From Octopus bimaculoides (lineage: Eukaryota): a DNA stretch of 63,777 bases. The stretch is taken from assembly GCF_001194135.2 (NCBI RefSeq), contig NC_069005.1, forward strand, positions 1,591,601 to 1,655,377, read 5' to 3'. A program made the translations under genes and the position numbers. How positions within the stretch are numbered: position 1 is the first letter of the stretch; every line of letters starts with the position of its first letter. Below the pieces are notes generated by a model, which was not told the origin of the DNA, did not search any database, and saw only the letters and a list, made by a program, of their open reading frames with translations. This document shows positions 48,438 through 61,036 of this stretch, one piece after another.

Positions 48438-48983
48438 NNNNNNNNNNNNNNNNNNNNNNNNNNNNNNNNNNNNNNNNNNNNNNNNNNNNNNNNNNNNNNN
48501 NNNNNNNNNNNNNNNNNNNNNNNNNNNNNNNNNNNNNNNNNNNNNNNNNNNNNNNNNNNNNNNNNNNNNNNNNNNNNNNNNNNNNNNNNNNNNNNNNNNN
48601 NNNNNNNNNNNNNNNNNNNNNNNNNNNNNNNNNNNNNNNNNNNNNNNNNNNNNNNNNNNNNNNNNNNNNNNNNNNNNNNNNNNNNNNNNNNNNNNNNNNN
48701 NNNNNNNNNNNNNNNNNNNNNNNNNNNNNNNNNNNNNNNNNNNNNNNNNNNNNNNNNNNNNNNNNNNNNNNNNNNNNNNNNNNNNNNNNNNNNNNNNNNN
48801 NNNNNNNNNNNNNNNNNNNNNNNNNNNNNNNNNNNNNNNNNNNNNNNNNNNNNNNNNNNNNNNNNNNNNNNNNNNNNNNNNNNNNNNNNNNNNNNNNNNN
48901 NNNNNNNNNNNNNNNNNNNNNNNNNNNNNNNNNNNNNNNNNNNNNNNNNNNNNNNNNNNNNNNNNNNNNNNNNNNNNNNNNNN

Positions 48984-49018
<35 letters not shown>

Positions 49019-49640
49019 CTAGTAGCTAAGCCCGGTTTCACCCGGTCAGAGAACGACGCGAAGAGAGAAACGAAGACATAAAAAAGAGGAAGTGGATACG
49101 AAGTGGTGTTTGGGCGACGGATCTTGGTAGAAAAAAAAGAATGTCATGGTGAGTTAGTAAGGAGAGAAAAGCAAGACTGAACTTACGTGGGCTGGTAGGA
49201 CGATGAAAAAATTGCGGAGTTGAAATTGGAGCAGTTGAAGTTGCCGTTGTTATCATTGGAGTGCCTCTTGGTAGACAACATTCTTCGTCCTTCCCTCGGG
49301 TGCACAAATAGAAAGACCATGGGGACAGCCAACGTACAGTTGTGCGTGTGAGAATACTTGCTCTGTCAGATTCAAACCAACCGCTTGCACTGATTGTCCC
49401 TGCCCCTTGTTGATTGTTATGGGAAAGCAGAGCTTGATGGGAAATTGTATCTGTTTAAACTTGCAGGTCGTATCGGAGTGGGTAAGGGACATGGGAGTTA
49501 TAAGTATGTCTTAGCCAACGGCCGGTTCATTCAAGATTGTTGCACAGAACTCGGGAGCACAATTTTTTGATAATCCTCCGCGTACCATTGCACATTATTG
49601 GAGCATCTAAATTCCTTAGCAGCATGATTGGCGCGCCAAC
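49019..49640 (-). mobile_element. Helitron 3' end: PIF1 helicase C-terminus, 3' UTR, hairpin and CTAG|T terminus in (TA)n
   Basis: VGAPIMLLRNLDAP..CNGTR; QFPIKLCFPITINKGQGQS...VFSHAQLYVGC...KNVVYQEAL; terminal CCGG-gtgaaa-CCGG hairpin then CTAG at 49019-49022. Confidence 0.93.
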
Positions 49641-52448
49641 TTTCAGATGCAGTTCGTGAGCTGGTAGCTCTGCGGGTCCCCGCTTTTGTCAGATTTGTCA
49701 TGAGCCGGCCGGTCTATCTCAGATACATGGGAAGCTGGATTAAATTTTTCATCAACACAGGGGAGCCGAGATAAATTTTTTCTATGTCCAAGGGAAGCCA
49801 AATCGCGAAAAAGGTTGAGAAATGCTGATCTATAATGATGGTTTTTATTTAGGCACATCGTAAAAGTAATTATAATGAATTGCTTAATATAAAGAAAAGT
49901 ATGTTTTTTCAAGCAAATACAGTTAGAAAAAATATTTACCACAAGGAGAAAAAGACAAAAATAAAATAACACGTGTCAAAATTTTTTTTCTTTATAAAAA
50001 CGTTCAATGACGTTAACTGGAGTGTGGGGTTCGAGTAGACGTCATTCCATCTTTTTTTTTTTACTCATCTTCTAAGCCCATGGAAGTTCAGTCACACCTC
50101 TCATACACAATACGAGGCGNNNNNNNNNNNNNNNNNNNNNNNNNNNNNNNNNNNNNNNNNNNNNNNNNNNNNNNNNNNNNNNNNNNNNNNNNNNNNNNNN
50201 NNNNNNNNNNNNNNNNNNNNNNNNNNNNNNNNNNNNNNNNNNNNNNNNNNNNNNNNNNNNNNNNNNNNNNNNNNNNNNNNNNNNNNNNNNNNNNNNNNNN
50301 NNNNNNNNNNNNNNNNNNNNNNNNNNNNNNNNNNNNNNNNNNNNNNNNNNNNNNNNNNNNNNNNNNNNNNNNNNNNNNNNNNNNNNNNNNNNNNNNNNNN
50401 NNNNNNNNNNNNNNNNNNNNNNNNNNNNNNNNNNNNNNNNNNNNNNNNNNNNNNNNNNNNNNNNNNNNNNNNNNNNNNNNNNNNNNNNNNNNNNNNNNNN
50501 NNNNNNNNNNNNNNNNNNNNNNNNNNNNNNNNNNNNNNNNNNNNNNNNNNNNNNNNNNNNNNNNNNNNNNNNNNNNNNNNNNNNNNNNNNNNNNNNNNNN
50601 NNNNNNNNNNNNNNNNNNNNNNNNNNNNNNNNNNNNNNNNNNNNNNNNNNNNNNNNNNNNNNNNNNNNNNNNNNNNNNNNNNNNNNNNNNNNNNNNNNNN
50701 NNNNNNNNNNNNNNNNNNNNNNNNNNNNNNNNNNNNNNNNNNNNNNNNNNNNNNNNNNNNNNNNNNNNNNNNNNNNNNNNNNNNNNNNNNNNNNNNNNNN
50801 NNNNNNNNNNNNNNNNNNNNNNNNNNNNNNNNNNNNNNNNNNNNNNNNNNNNNNNNNNNNNNNNNNNNNNNNNNNNNNNNNNNNNNNNNNNNNNNNNNNN
50901 NNNNTATTCCAAAATTCCTTTTTTCTTCTTATTCGTTTTTTGTTTGCTTAAAAAATTTTTTTTTTTTGTAAAGAAACTTTGTAAGTGGAATAAAAAGTCC
51001 TGAGCAGGGTTTTGAGAACTGTTAACCATTTGAATCCACGTGTTTGCCGTGGCAGGATCGATTTCCTTTGACTCTACCCTTAGATGACGCCAAAGCGGGT
51101 GCCATATAATTTTGTGTTTACGGTTCGCTAATTGGTAGAAAGATCGTTATTTTCAGCCATAAACACAAAACCGTGATAACCCGTTGAATCATTTGTAATG
51201 AAATAACTCTTTTTTCTCTTTCTTTTAAATTCTTTTCAGAAAACCTAAATTCAATGTTCGTCCATATTTGACTTGGTGTTAATTAATGTAAGTGGAAAGA
51301 CCAGCGTTCATCAGTGTATTGAAGTCACGGTACTGTCGTCTTTTCTCGTCGGCAGAATCATAATAGTTGAGTTATAAATTGTGGAATTTCGACTTTTTGC
51401 AGGCTTCAAAGAATTGCTAACTGACGGGTGAGACCCATCTGAAACGAAATAGGGAGAAAATATTATTTTAAAATCAGCCTATAACATGGATCGTGGAGTG
51501 TGGCACTGGGAACCCTAACTACTACCGTATTGCATCTGGCTGCTTACGTTCAAATCCCGAGATGGTTAGCTTTGCCTTTCATCCATCCACGACTAATAAA
51601 ATAAAGTACGAGCCGAGTACTGAGGTGGGTGGTATCGACAAATCCCACCCCCTTCTAAGGGGCGACAAGCTGGCAGAATCGTTATTTCAGTCATTTGACT
51701 GGCCATGCTGGAGCACCGCCTTGAAGGGTTTTAGTCGAACAAATCGATTCTGGGACTTTTTTTTTAAAGCTTATTATTCCATCGGTCCCTTTTGCCGAAC
51801 ACATATATGTGTGTGTGTGTATGTATGTATATNNNNNNNNNNNNNNNNNNNNNNNNNNNNNNNNNNNNNNNNNNNNNNNNNNNNNNNNNNNNNNNNNNNN
51901 NNNNNNNNNNNNNNNNNNNNNNNNNNNNNNNNNNNNNNNNNNNNNNNNNNNNNNNNNNNNNNNNNNNNNNNNNNNNNNNNNNNNNNNNNNNNNNNNNNNN
52001 NNNNNNNNNNNNNNNNNNNNNNNNNNNNNNNNNNNNNNNNNNNNNNNNNNNNNNNNNNNNNNNNNNNNNNNNNNNNNNNNNNNNNNNNNNNNNNNNNNNN
52101 NNNNNNNNNNNNNNNNNNNNNNNNNNNNNNNNNNNNNNNNNNNNNNNNNNNNNNNNNNNNNNNNNNNNNNNNNNNNNNNNNNNNNNNNNNNNNNNNNNNN
52201 NNNNNNNNNNNNNNNNNNNNNNNNNNNNNNNNNNNNNNNNNNNNNNNNNNNNNNNNNNNNNNNNNNNNNNNNNNNNNNNNNNNNNNNNNNNNNNNNNNNN
52301 NNNNNNNNNNNNNNNNNNNNNNNNNNNNNNNNNNNNNNNNNNNNNNNNNNNNNNNNNNNNNNNNNNNNNNNNNNNNNNNNNNNNNNNNNNNNNNNNNNNN
52401 NNNNNNNNNNNNNNNNNNNNNNNNNNNNNNNNNNNNNNNNNNNNNNNN

Positions 52449-52512
<64 letters not shown>

Positions 52513-54786
52513 GTTTCGCTGCTTTATTGTAGAGACAACGATAAGGATTTCCGCTTTTAATATAGAGAGTAAAATTTTATAGAAAGTCGTAAGTATATTC
52601 AGTTGTATGAAGCATCAGTTTGTTTGGATACTCACCTGAACTTGTTAGTAGTAATGCCAACACCAGTAATACGCACAAACATATCAGAAACTGCACACAG
52701 ATGCTTCGCACCGAACTGGCGCTATAACAGAACGAAATATGAAATTTATATCAGATCAGGCAAAGATGAGCAAAATGAAGGTCATTTCGTTTTAAAACAA
52801 CGCCTCAGTTCGTCTAACCCATGCTAGCATGAAAAAACGGACGTAAAAAAAACGAACACGCGATAGTGTGTTTAAGTTTACTTGAAGTGTTGTCATACAA
52901 GTTTAGTGGGGTATGGACATTGAAAAATAGGGGAAAACCTGCAATTATTAAATCGTGGATATAGCCTCAATAATGCATTCGTCTAACCTATGCTATCAGG
53001 GAAAAACAGACGTAAAAATGAACGAACGAACTGTAGAGTAGTTTATTTGAAGTATTGTCATATTAGTTTAATTAGACGTGATTAATTAAAACTAAACAAG
53101 AATCTCTTCCAAATATTTAGTTACGGATGTAATTTCTTTAGCTATTGACAATTAATAGTTGTGAAGGCCTCATTAGGAACCTAATTTTTAAAAATGTCTA
53201 TCCGTAATTTGATGTTAGTCACATAAAACGCTTTGTTCTTGTTATTGGCCTAATTCACTTGCCTGTATTTAGTTGTGTTCTGCTTTGATAATGAGTGGTG
53301 GTGGTGGTGGTGGTGGTGGTGGTGGCGTGTGTGTGGGGTCAAATCCTCTTTTATTTCAAACTTGGTAGAGCGTCGGAGAGGAAAAAGGCCCTGCGTCGTT
53401 TGTTCCGGCTCTGAATGTTACGAATTCAAATCCGGCCGAGGTCATCGTCATCTTGGCGTTCGATAAAATAAAGTACCAGTCAAGTACATGGATCGATAGC
53501 ATCGAATAAACTCCTCTCTTAAAGGTCCCTGACTTTGTGTCCAAATTGGAACCAATAATCAGGCGACACATAATCGTACGAGTTGATTCAAATGTAAAGC
53601 TGTCATAGTTAAACTCCCAAAATAACGGCAACCACAGAGGCTTCAGATACCGTTATTGTGAATTTTCTGTTGTCAAGGATTTTTTTTAATCATGGCAAGT
53701 GAAGCGGAAACATTATATAAGAAATAGAGATACAGTATAAATGTTTATAATTTGAACTCAAAGACAACGATTTTGTGCTGAGGGGGTTTAGTCAAAACGC
53801 TGAAAGGAGGGCAAATTTGGCTGAATTTGAACCCAAAATATTAAAAGAATGGGAGAAATATCATGAGATATTTTGCTTGACACTCTAACAATTCTACCAG
53901 CTCGTCGGTGGTCAACGGGGGGGGGGGTCAACAGGCATCAACCTTGACCAGAAGAAAACCCTTGAATTTTTGCCACTTCCTGTCAGAGCATTAGATACAA
54001 TGCCTCGTAGTATTTGCTCCGACATTTTACGATGTGTTTTCTAATCCAATAGAGATCAACTTCGCTTTTCATTCTTTCGGGGTCGATAACATAAAGTACT
54101 CGGGGATCAACAGCATAGACTAATACCCACCCTCTCTTTCCTAAAATTTACTAGTTTTTTGCTTGAATTAGAAACCGTTATTATTGGAAATAATATCTTT
54201 AGATGCTCATCTAAGAGAAGGTAACCCTAAATAAATCCTTCATCCTGATAACTACTGGGCCCTTGGCCCCTGTTGTACCAGACCAATACAAGTCTGAAGG
54301 ATGAGAGAGCGGGACAAGATCTACAAAATTCATGACCTTTACAACAACAAGCCCCTGAAGATAGAATGAGTACCAGATATTTTTTATTTTAAAAAAATCA
54401 TGTACGGTGGGGTGGGTCAGTTTTTTTTTCTTTTCTTCCACTAAACCCTTCGAGGTTGTGCTCCAGCATGGCTGCAGCCCAATGACTGAAACAAGTAAAA
54501 GATCAAAAATGAAAGAATATTTACCAATGCTTTTGTGGCTGGATTAATTGGTCGGAATTTTTGATGTCACTGTTTTGGTGAGAATCAATATGTTTATTAT
54601 ATTGGTTGATTTTCTGATTGGTTCCCAAAACATAATGAATGTCCGCCATTAAGTAAGGCTGTTTGTTGTCCAACTTCATGTTTCTTTGTTTTGTGTGTTG
54701 TTTCTGTCGTCTGAAATAAAAATAAAAACACAATAAAACATCATGCCCAACACAAACGCACACACCAAAAAAACAAAAAAACAAAC

Positions 54787-55521
54787 ATAGAAAATACACC
54801 CACAATAGTCATAGACACGCCTACAGCAACACCAACCCCTCCTGCACCACAATCATCAACACATCCACCGTCTTCACAACCAACTGCACCAACATTACCA
54901 CAACAGCAACAACCAACCACACAAACACAAAAGGTTGTGTTAGTGAGGAGGGCCAACAAAGAACTGCTGGCCCTCATAGCCCGAAGGAAGGACATCGAGA
55001 GAGAAGGTGGGATCTCTGGCACCAGAACCGTTCATGTGCCAGAAACACTGATGATGATGCGCATGCGTCAGGAAACATAAGAACATTAGGGAGAGCTTCC
55101 CTTACTGCGTTGGAATCCCTAATGTATGAGCCACGAGTAGGCTTTTAAGTGGGTTCCCAAAGGGACCCTAATAACTTATAGAGGTTGAACCACCTGACTT
55201 CCAGCGGCAGCCGGTGGGTAACTAGACCCACCCCACACTTTGTTTCTTCTCCGAACTTTTTTTTACCAGTAATGAAGTGGAGTTTGGGAGTAGGTTGTAC
55301 AAATGTTCGTGGCCTGGGGTCTCCCTGGCCTTCAGTGAAACCAGGATTTCCGACACACTCAATCTAGCCCCTATTTTCGATGATTTTGAGATCTACGCAG
55401 TTTTTAGTCGGACTGGAATTGGAGGCGGAGTGACAGCGTTGTTTTGGTAAGGTTTGGGTCTCAAAGCACGGACGATCTTCCCGGAGCCAGATTGTAAGTT
55501 GGTTGTCCTGGATGTTCTGGA

Positions 55522-55522
<1 letters not shown>
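54787..55522 (+). mobile_element. L1/Tx1-type LINE internal fragment: ORF1 C-terminal low-complexity region (to TAA 55080) and ORF2 APE endonuclease N-terminus
   Basis: MKWSLGVGCTNVRGLGSP from 55272; GGGVTALF and PEPDCKLVVLDV further on; breaks off at the microsatellite. Confidence 0.75.
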
Positions 55523-55578
<56 letters not shown>

Positions 55579-55659
55579 CATTATTATTATAGTTGTTATT
55601 GCTGTTACTGTTGTTGTTATTATTATTATTGTAGTTATTGTTGTTGTTATTGCTGTTGC

Positions 55660-55714
<55 letters not shown>

Positions 55715-55735
55715 ATTATTATTATTATTATCATT
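55523..55735. repeat. Compound (ATT)n/(GTT)n microsatellite
   Basis: Direct reading; it produces spurious poly-N/I/L/V/T ORFs. Confidence 0.98.
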
Positions 55736-56063
55736 ATTTCTTTTATTGACCACAAGAGCCGAACAGATGTCCGACAATCGGAAAGAACGAAATACAACCG
55801 GCAAAAAGGTGGGGTTTACATCGGTTAAAATAGAAACAACTATAAGGCTATAACAAAAGATTTTTTAATAGAATTCAAATAAATGCAAAAATATATATAA
55901 ATAGAGTCCCCAGTGTCAGGGCAGTCAACCTAGGATAATTCGAGGTGGGGACTCCCTCTCAAAAGGCCCAGATTACTCATGCTAAGTGAGGCCCAATCCA
56001 GCCTCACCAGTCTGATCTTTTGTTTGTTTTTATCCACCTTTCGATGAACATAAAAAGGTAAGG

Positions 56064-56089
56064 CTAACCCTAACCCTAACCCCAACCCT
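56064..56089 (-). repeat. Short interstitial (TTAGGG)n-like tract
   Basis: Plus strand CTAACCCTAACCCTAACCCCAACCCT. Confidence 0.6.
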
Positions 56090-57087
56090 CCCTCTCTACT
56101 CTCACCTTCTTCAAATGATATTTGAAGAACCTAATAAGAGCTTGGCCAGATAGCAAAGTTTGTCTTCTAACCTTTCACAACCTTTCAAACGAGTCCATCA
56201 CGCAACCCTATTCTCCGCAGCCACCAAACAGAAATAATGGTTTACATGGTACCATATCCGTGTTTTTGGCAGCTAAATTTACAATTTATGTTGTTGAACC
56301 CGATCGGAATTTATTTATATCTTCAAATATTAAATCAACAATCGATTGCCATATTATTTTAAGTTTAATTATCGTAAATAATAAACAGGAAGAAAATTTT
56401 AAAAAATAGTTAACCGTACCTTACTGAAATCATAAAAGAATAAGTCGTTGGGTTGAAAGTAGTTGTTTTCAAGTTGTTTATAAGAAGAAGTTTTTACTTC
56501 TTCTTATAAACAACTTTTTTTTCTTAGAAACAACTCAAGAGAATCCGGAAACATGAGGATATCGCCGGCCAGGAAATGGAAGCGTCTTATCGTTCGAAAA
56601 CAGAAAAGAAATTAATGTTTGGTAAATATTTCCTCCTGAAATATATATATTATTGTAAATACTTAATAACTATTGTATAGAAACTATTGTATAATAACTA
56701 TTGTATAGATCCGACCATCATTAATGTCAGCCCTGATCAAAGGAGTTGCACAGCTGTTAACATTTCTACGTGTCCATCATGCTCAAAGTATCTATACATC
56801 TACTTTAAAACAATAGGCTATGATTTAGTACGGAAGGGCGTGAAGAGATTTGGTCTCTATCTCTAGTAAGCTGCATAACCACTTCGTGACTCTCTCGTTT
56901 GGATAAAGAGAGAGTTTTTGGTAGATAGTAGTCGAGTGAAACATATTCGGGAAGGATAGAGCTTTATTTTTTTGCTTTTGCAAAGCTTTGATCTTCCAGC
57001 CAATGCTTCCTACATAAACTGCAAAAGAATTACATTATTTACATTATTTACATTTGACGGATATTTGTCCTCATCTTGTTTGTTGTT

Positions 57088-57133
57088 AACACAACGTTTC
57101 GGCTGATATACCCTCCAGCCTTCATCAGGTGTC
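57088..57133 (-). ncRNA. Minimal type I hammerhead ribozyme with intact core (left arm)
   Basis: GACAC-CTGATGA-A-GGCTG(gagggtatat)CAGCC-GAAA-C-GT-T-GTGTT; palindromic AACGTT stem III typical of dimer-forming Penelope hammerheads. Confidence 0.7.
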
Positions 57134-57186
57134 TTGGGGAAATTTCGAACCTGGATTCTCATTCCTAAGGTTCGAAATTTCCCCAA

Positions 57187-57232
57187 GACACTTGATGAAG
57201 GCTGGAGGGTATATCAGCCGAAACGTTGTATT
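57187..57232 (+). ncRNA. Mutated hammerhead copy (right arm)
   Basis: Same layout but the core is TTGATGA and the stem I 3' strand is GTATT. Confidence 0.55.
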
Positions 57233-57339
57233 AACAAACAAACAAGATGAGGACAAATATCCGTCAAATGTAAATAATGTAAATAATGTACATAATTCAT
57301 CATATCTTAAATATAGAACTGCATTGCCTCTCAAATTCT

Positions 57340-57500
57340 CAACAACAACAACCTTATTCTATCTTTAGATGTTTTGAATTCATTAACCGTTTCTGCTGGT
57401 CTTGATAGAAAGGTTCTCTTTGGCATTCCCTTCCTGCATAGACGTGTTTCTTCAGCACTACAAAAGAAGAATGAATGTTCAACCTTCAAGAACGCAATTA
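57340..57500 (-). mobile_element. Pogo/Tigger DDE transposase remnant
   Basis: SAEETRLCRKGMPKRTFLSRPAETVNEFKTSKDRIRLLL resembles NADETGLFWK.MP.RTF....K...GFK..KDRLTLLL. Confidence 0.7.
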
Positions 57501-59099
57501 AAACAGCATCCTTGTGATCACTATTTCTCCTTTACAATTTAGACAGATGAAACACGCATCCATACTTGAAAGAAAGAAAGAACGAACGAACGAAAGAGAA
57601 TGAATGAATGAAAAGGAGAAAGGGAGAGAGAAAGAAAGACAGGAAAGAAAGAAGGAAGGAACTGACGACTACTAATATCGTTCTTAATTCTAAATCTGGT
57701 CCTGTTATGGCAGCCAGGAATGATTCACTAAAATATTAGAGAAAATACAAAAAGAAAAGAATAATTTTCAAAATCAAATTTCATTCACCGAATATAATTT
57801 TGCATGCAGTCGAAGTGAGGCACATTTGTAATAAATATGAAATTGTCTGAATTTTTTCCTACTTTAAGTGGTTTAGTAAAAAAAAAATGTAACAATTTAC
57901 TATTACGAGTAGATTTTTGTTCATTTCAACATTTCGACTGCAATAAATTTAAACATTCAATGAACGGTGTGTATAAAGTTTCATATTTAACAAAAGTTGA
58001 TCTTTTAATCTGTTTAATCAGCAATCTTATTTTTCGTGGTATTAATGGAATCATTTACCAAAGACAGCTACTCCCTTTCACGTTACAAGCCTCAAACAAA
58101 ATCGTTCATTTTGTTATTCAAGTTTTTTACAGACAGACGACTGATTATTATGCAACCTCGAGGAAAACATGGAGTTACTTAACGTCTCTGTAATAATTTC
58201 TGTCATCGGAACGAATTCGAATTCACAATCTACCATAAGGATATGGTGCTCTGGTTGTCAACAACCTTATATTTAGGTTCGTGGTTCTCAATTTGGGTCC
58301 ATATAACCCCCGGTCTATATAAGATTTTTGGGAGGCCATGCAAGCAAAGTAGTAAATTGGGGATCTACAGCTGTATGTAAAGGGGAAATGAAAAACTTTG
58401 GCAAGAACCAGATTAGTTTCTTTCTCCAATGTTTTACATGTTTCCAACCATTGAAATATGTTCTCTCAGAGAATTCTGTTGCAAACTTGCACAAGTGAAT
58501 GAGTAAAAAGCAAAATAGGAATTCTGAAAGTACTCATAAAACTAGTTTTTAAACACCAAATGGCTATGGAGGTCCACCAGAATAAAATAGTAACGAAAGG
58601 AGTCCATAGATAAAAAAAAATTGTCGAGAATCACTGATTTGGATACTGACTTGTATCCGGGGGTGCTGAGGGGCGCTCGAGGCGCTCGGGGTGCTACTGT
58701 ATTCCGTCTTCGAATGCGGGAGTCGATATCTCATCAATCATGTGGTGAAGCTGCTCTGTAGATGTTTCGGCCTCGTCCACCGTAACACGAGAGCTGTCCG
58801 GGGGTCACCCACCGATGTAGGCCACAAATCTTCCGCACAACAGTTTTGTTGTCTCAGATGTTGTGACTCTGGGCCTGATATTTCTACCATTCTCGATACT
58901 CGTTCTTTCAGCACCTCTCTTTCTCCCTCTCTTTTATGGCATTAAAGGAATCCATTTTCCAAAGACAGTTGCCTCTTCCACGTTACAAACTTCATGATCA
59001 TCCACCAAGATCTGAATGAATTCGAACTCACAATGCTTCACAGCTGTGCCCCAGCATGGTCGCAGTCTAAGACTGAAACAAGTAAAAGATACAATAAAT

Positions 59100-59500
59100 A
59101 TTGCCTTCCAATCCATTTGAACATGAGGCTGTGAGGATGTTCGATTTTAGTAAGAATGAGAAAGACCATACTCTTTTGATACCCTCATAAAGTCGCTTCT
59201 TTTCGCTCAGTGAGTGACATCTGAGACGGTTTAGCCTTGCGGTATGTGGAACGGGCGAAGGTCGCATGTCAAAGGATCTACTTGGATGACAAACTCGAGA
59301 ACGGATCGCATCTAACAGACCGTTCCCAAGTAAGATATAAGGATATGTGTAAAAATGGTAAGGACCACCGTTCAGCGCACGTTGATAGAGGTCTGTGGGA
59401 AAATATGGCAAGAAAATCGTTTGTCGTGGGGACAGGCCGGGGAAGCAACGATGCAAAAGAATAGAACACGAAAAAGAGAAGAGAGACAAGACAATCCAGG
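59100..59500 (+). mobile_element. RTE-type LINE 3' coding remnant
   Basis: ...YVER......RIYLDDKLENGSHLTDRSQVRYKDMCK...VDRGLWENMA resembles the RTE C-terminal GRP..RYKD.CK motif. Confidence 0.7.
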
Positions 59501-60284
59501 CTGACTTCGGGCATCGAAAACCAAAAAAAAAAAAAGTTATGAAAAAAAAAAAAGAAACGAGAAGGAATGCATCATCAGCTGCACTCGGTGACTCGACTCA
59601 GCCGTCATCATTTGTGGTGAAAGCAATAAGGACCATCGGCGTAGAATATAGCATCACACAGTCGTCGTGTATGTGATGAGGAGCCAGCAAAATGAGGACG
59701 TAGAAAGAGACGGGTGGAAAGGGTAAGAGGAAGAGAGAGAGAAGGAGAAGAAAAAGTTACTTTGCCCCCCCCCCCGCCTAAGACGGACAGACGCCGACAA
59801 CGAATGATAAAATAACAAGAGTTGATATGTAAATGTTTCTAATTTAGGCACAATATTAATAATTTTGGCGGAGTCGGGTGGTGAAGCTAATCGATTGAAA
59901 ATCGACTCGAGTACTATGACTGGGATTTAAATTTTAACGATTCACGAAAGAACTGAAAAGACAAAAAAACGAAGCCGGGCTTGAAAAGAAAAAAAAAAAC
60001 AAAAAAAGCAATCGTGTCAGCTTTCTGTTACATGGAATGCATGCAGACGACAACTGGAACATGGAATAGAGAGAGGGGAGGAGGAGGGGAGAGAGAAAAC
60101 ACGTGTAGAGAAAATATGTATGAAAGAGCCGGAGAGACAGAGGGACGGGAGGAGGAGGAAAGGGAAGACGAGGAAGAGGGGAGGAGGAGGCATTGAGAGA
60201 AACAAAGAGAGGAGAATGTATGTGAGAGAATGGAAAATACGCGACAGTGAGAGAGAGAGAGAGAAAATAGCCGTAAATGATTCC

Positions 60285-60315
<31 letters not shown>

Positions 60316-61005
60316 AAACATTTAATGTTTTAATCTTCGCTCCAAGATTATGGATTAAATGTTTGTTCACGGTCGAACTTGTCGGCTATGTGGTTGGAAG
60401 CTTGCTTCCCAACCACAAGGTTGCGGGTTCAGCCCCACTGCGTGGCACCTTGGGCGTCTTCTGCGATAGCCTCGCGCCGACCAAAGTGCCTTGTCAAAAG
60501 ATTTGATATATGGAAACTGAAAGAAGCCCGTCGTATATATATATATGTGTGTGTGTGTGTATTCTTTTCTTTTACATGTTTCAGTCATTTGACTGCGGCC
60601 ATGCTGGAGCACCGCCTTAAAGGGTTTCAGTCGAATAAATCGACTCCAGGACTTATTCTTTGTAAGCCTGGTACTTATTCTATCGGTTCCTTTTGCTGAA
60701 CCGCTATGTTACAGGGACATTAACACAGCAACATTGGTTGTCAAGCGATGGTGGTGGTGGTGGTGGGGGGGGNNNNNNNNNNNNNNNNNNNNNNNNNNNN
60801 NNNNNNNNNNNNNNNNNNNNNNNNNNNNNNNNNNNNNNNNNNNNNNNNNNNNNNNNNNNNNNNNNNNNNNNNNNNNNNNNNNNNNNNNNNNNNNNNNNNN
60901 NNNNNNNNNNGGGGTGGACAAACAAAGACACACACACTCACACATGAATATATATATGTATATATGTGTGTGTGTGTGTGTGTGTGTATGTATATATAAA
61001 CATAC

Positions 61006-61036
<31 letters not shown>

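Larger units (their letters stand above)
57031..57290. repeat. 260-bp near-perfect inverted repeat (about 122-bp arms, 15-nt loop 57153-57167) made of two head-to-head Penelope-like terminal units
   Basis: Arms 57031-57152 and 57168-57290 are reverse complements with only a few differences, both ending in (TAAATAATG) repeats. Confidence 0.92.

Noticed and set aside
55030-55085. CTGATGA-hairpin-GGAAAC hammerhead-like string
   Set aside because: No NUH triplet or stem I; explained as LINE ORF1 coding sequence (TLMMMRMRQET).
58660-58880. GC-rich segment with GACGAGGCCGAAAC and a semi-open minus-strand frame
   Set aside because: Stem II is too short for a hammerhead, the frame has stops and no family is recognisable; probably a TE fragment.
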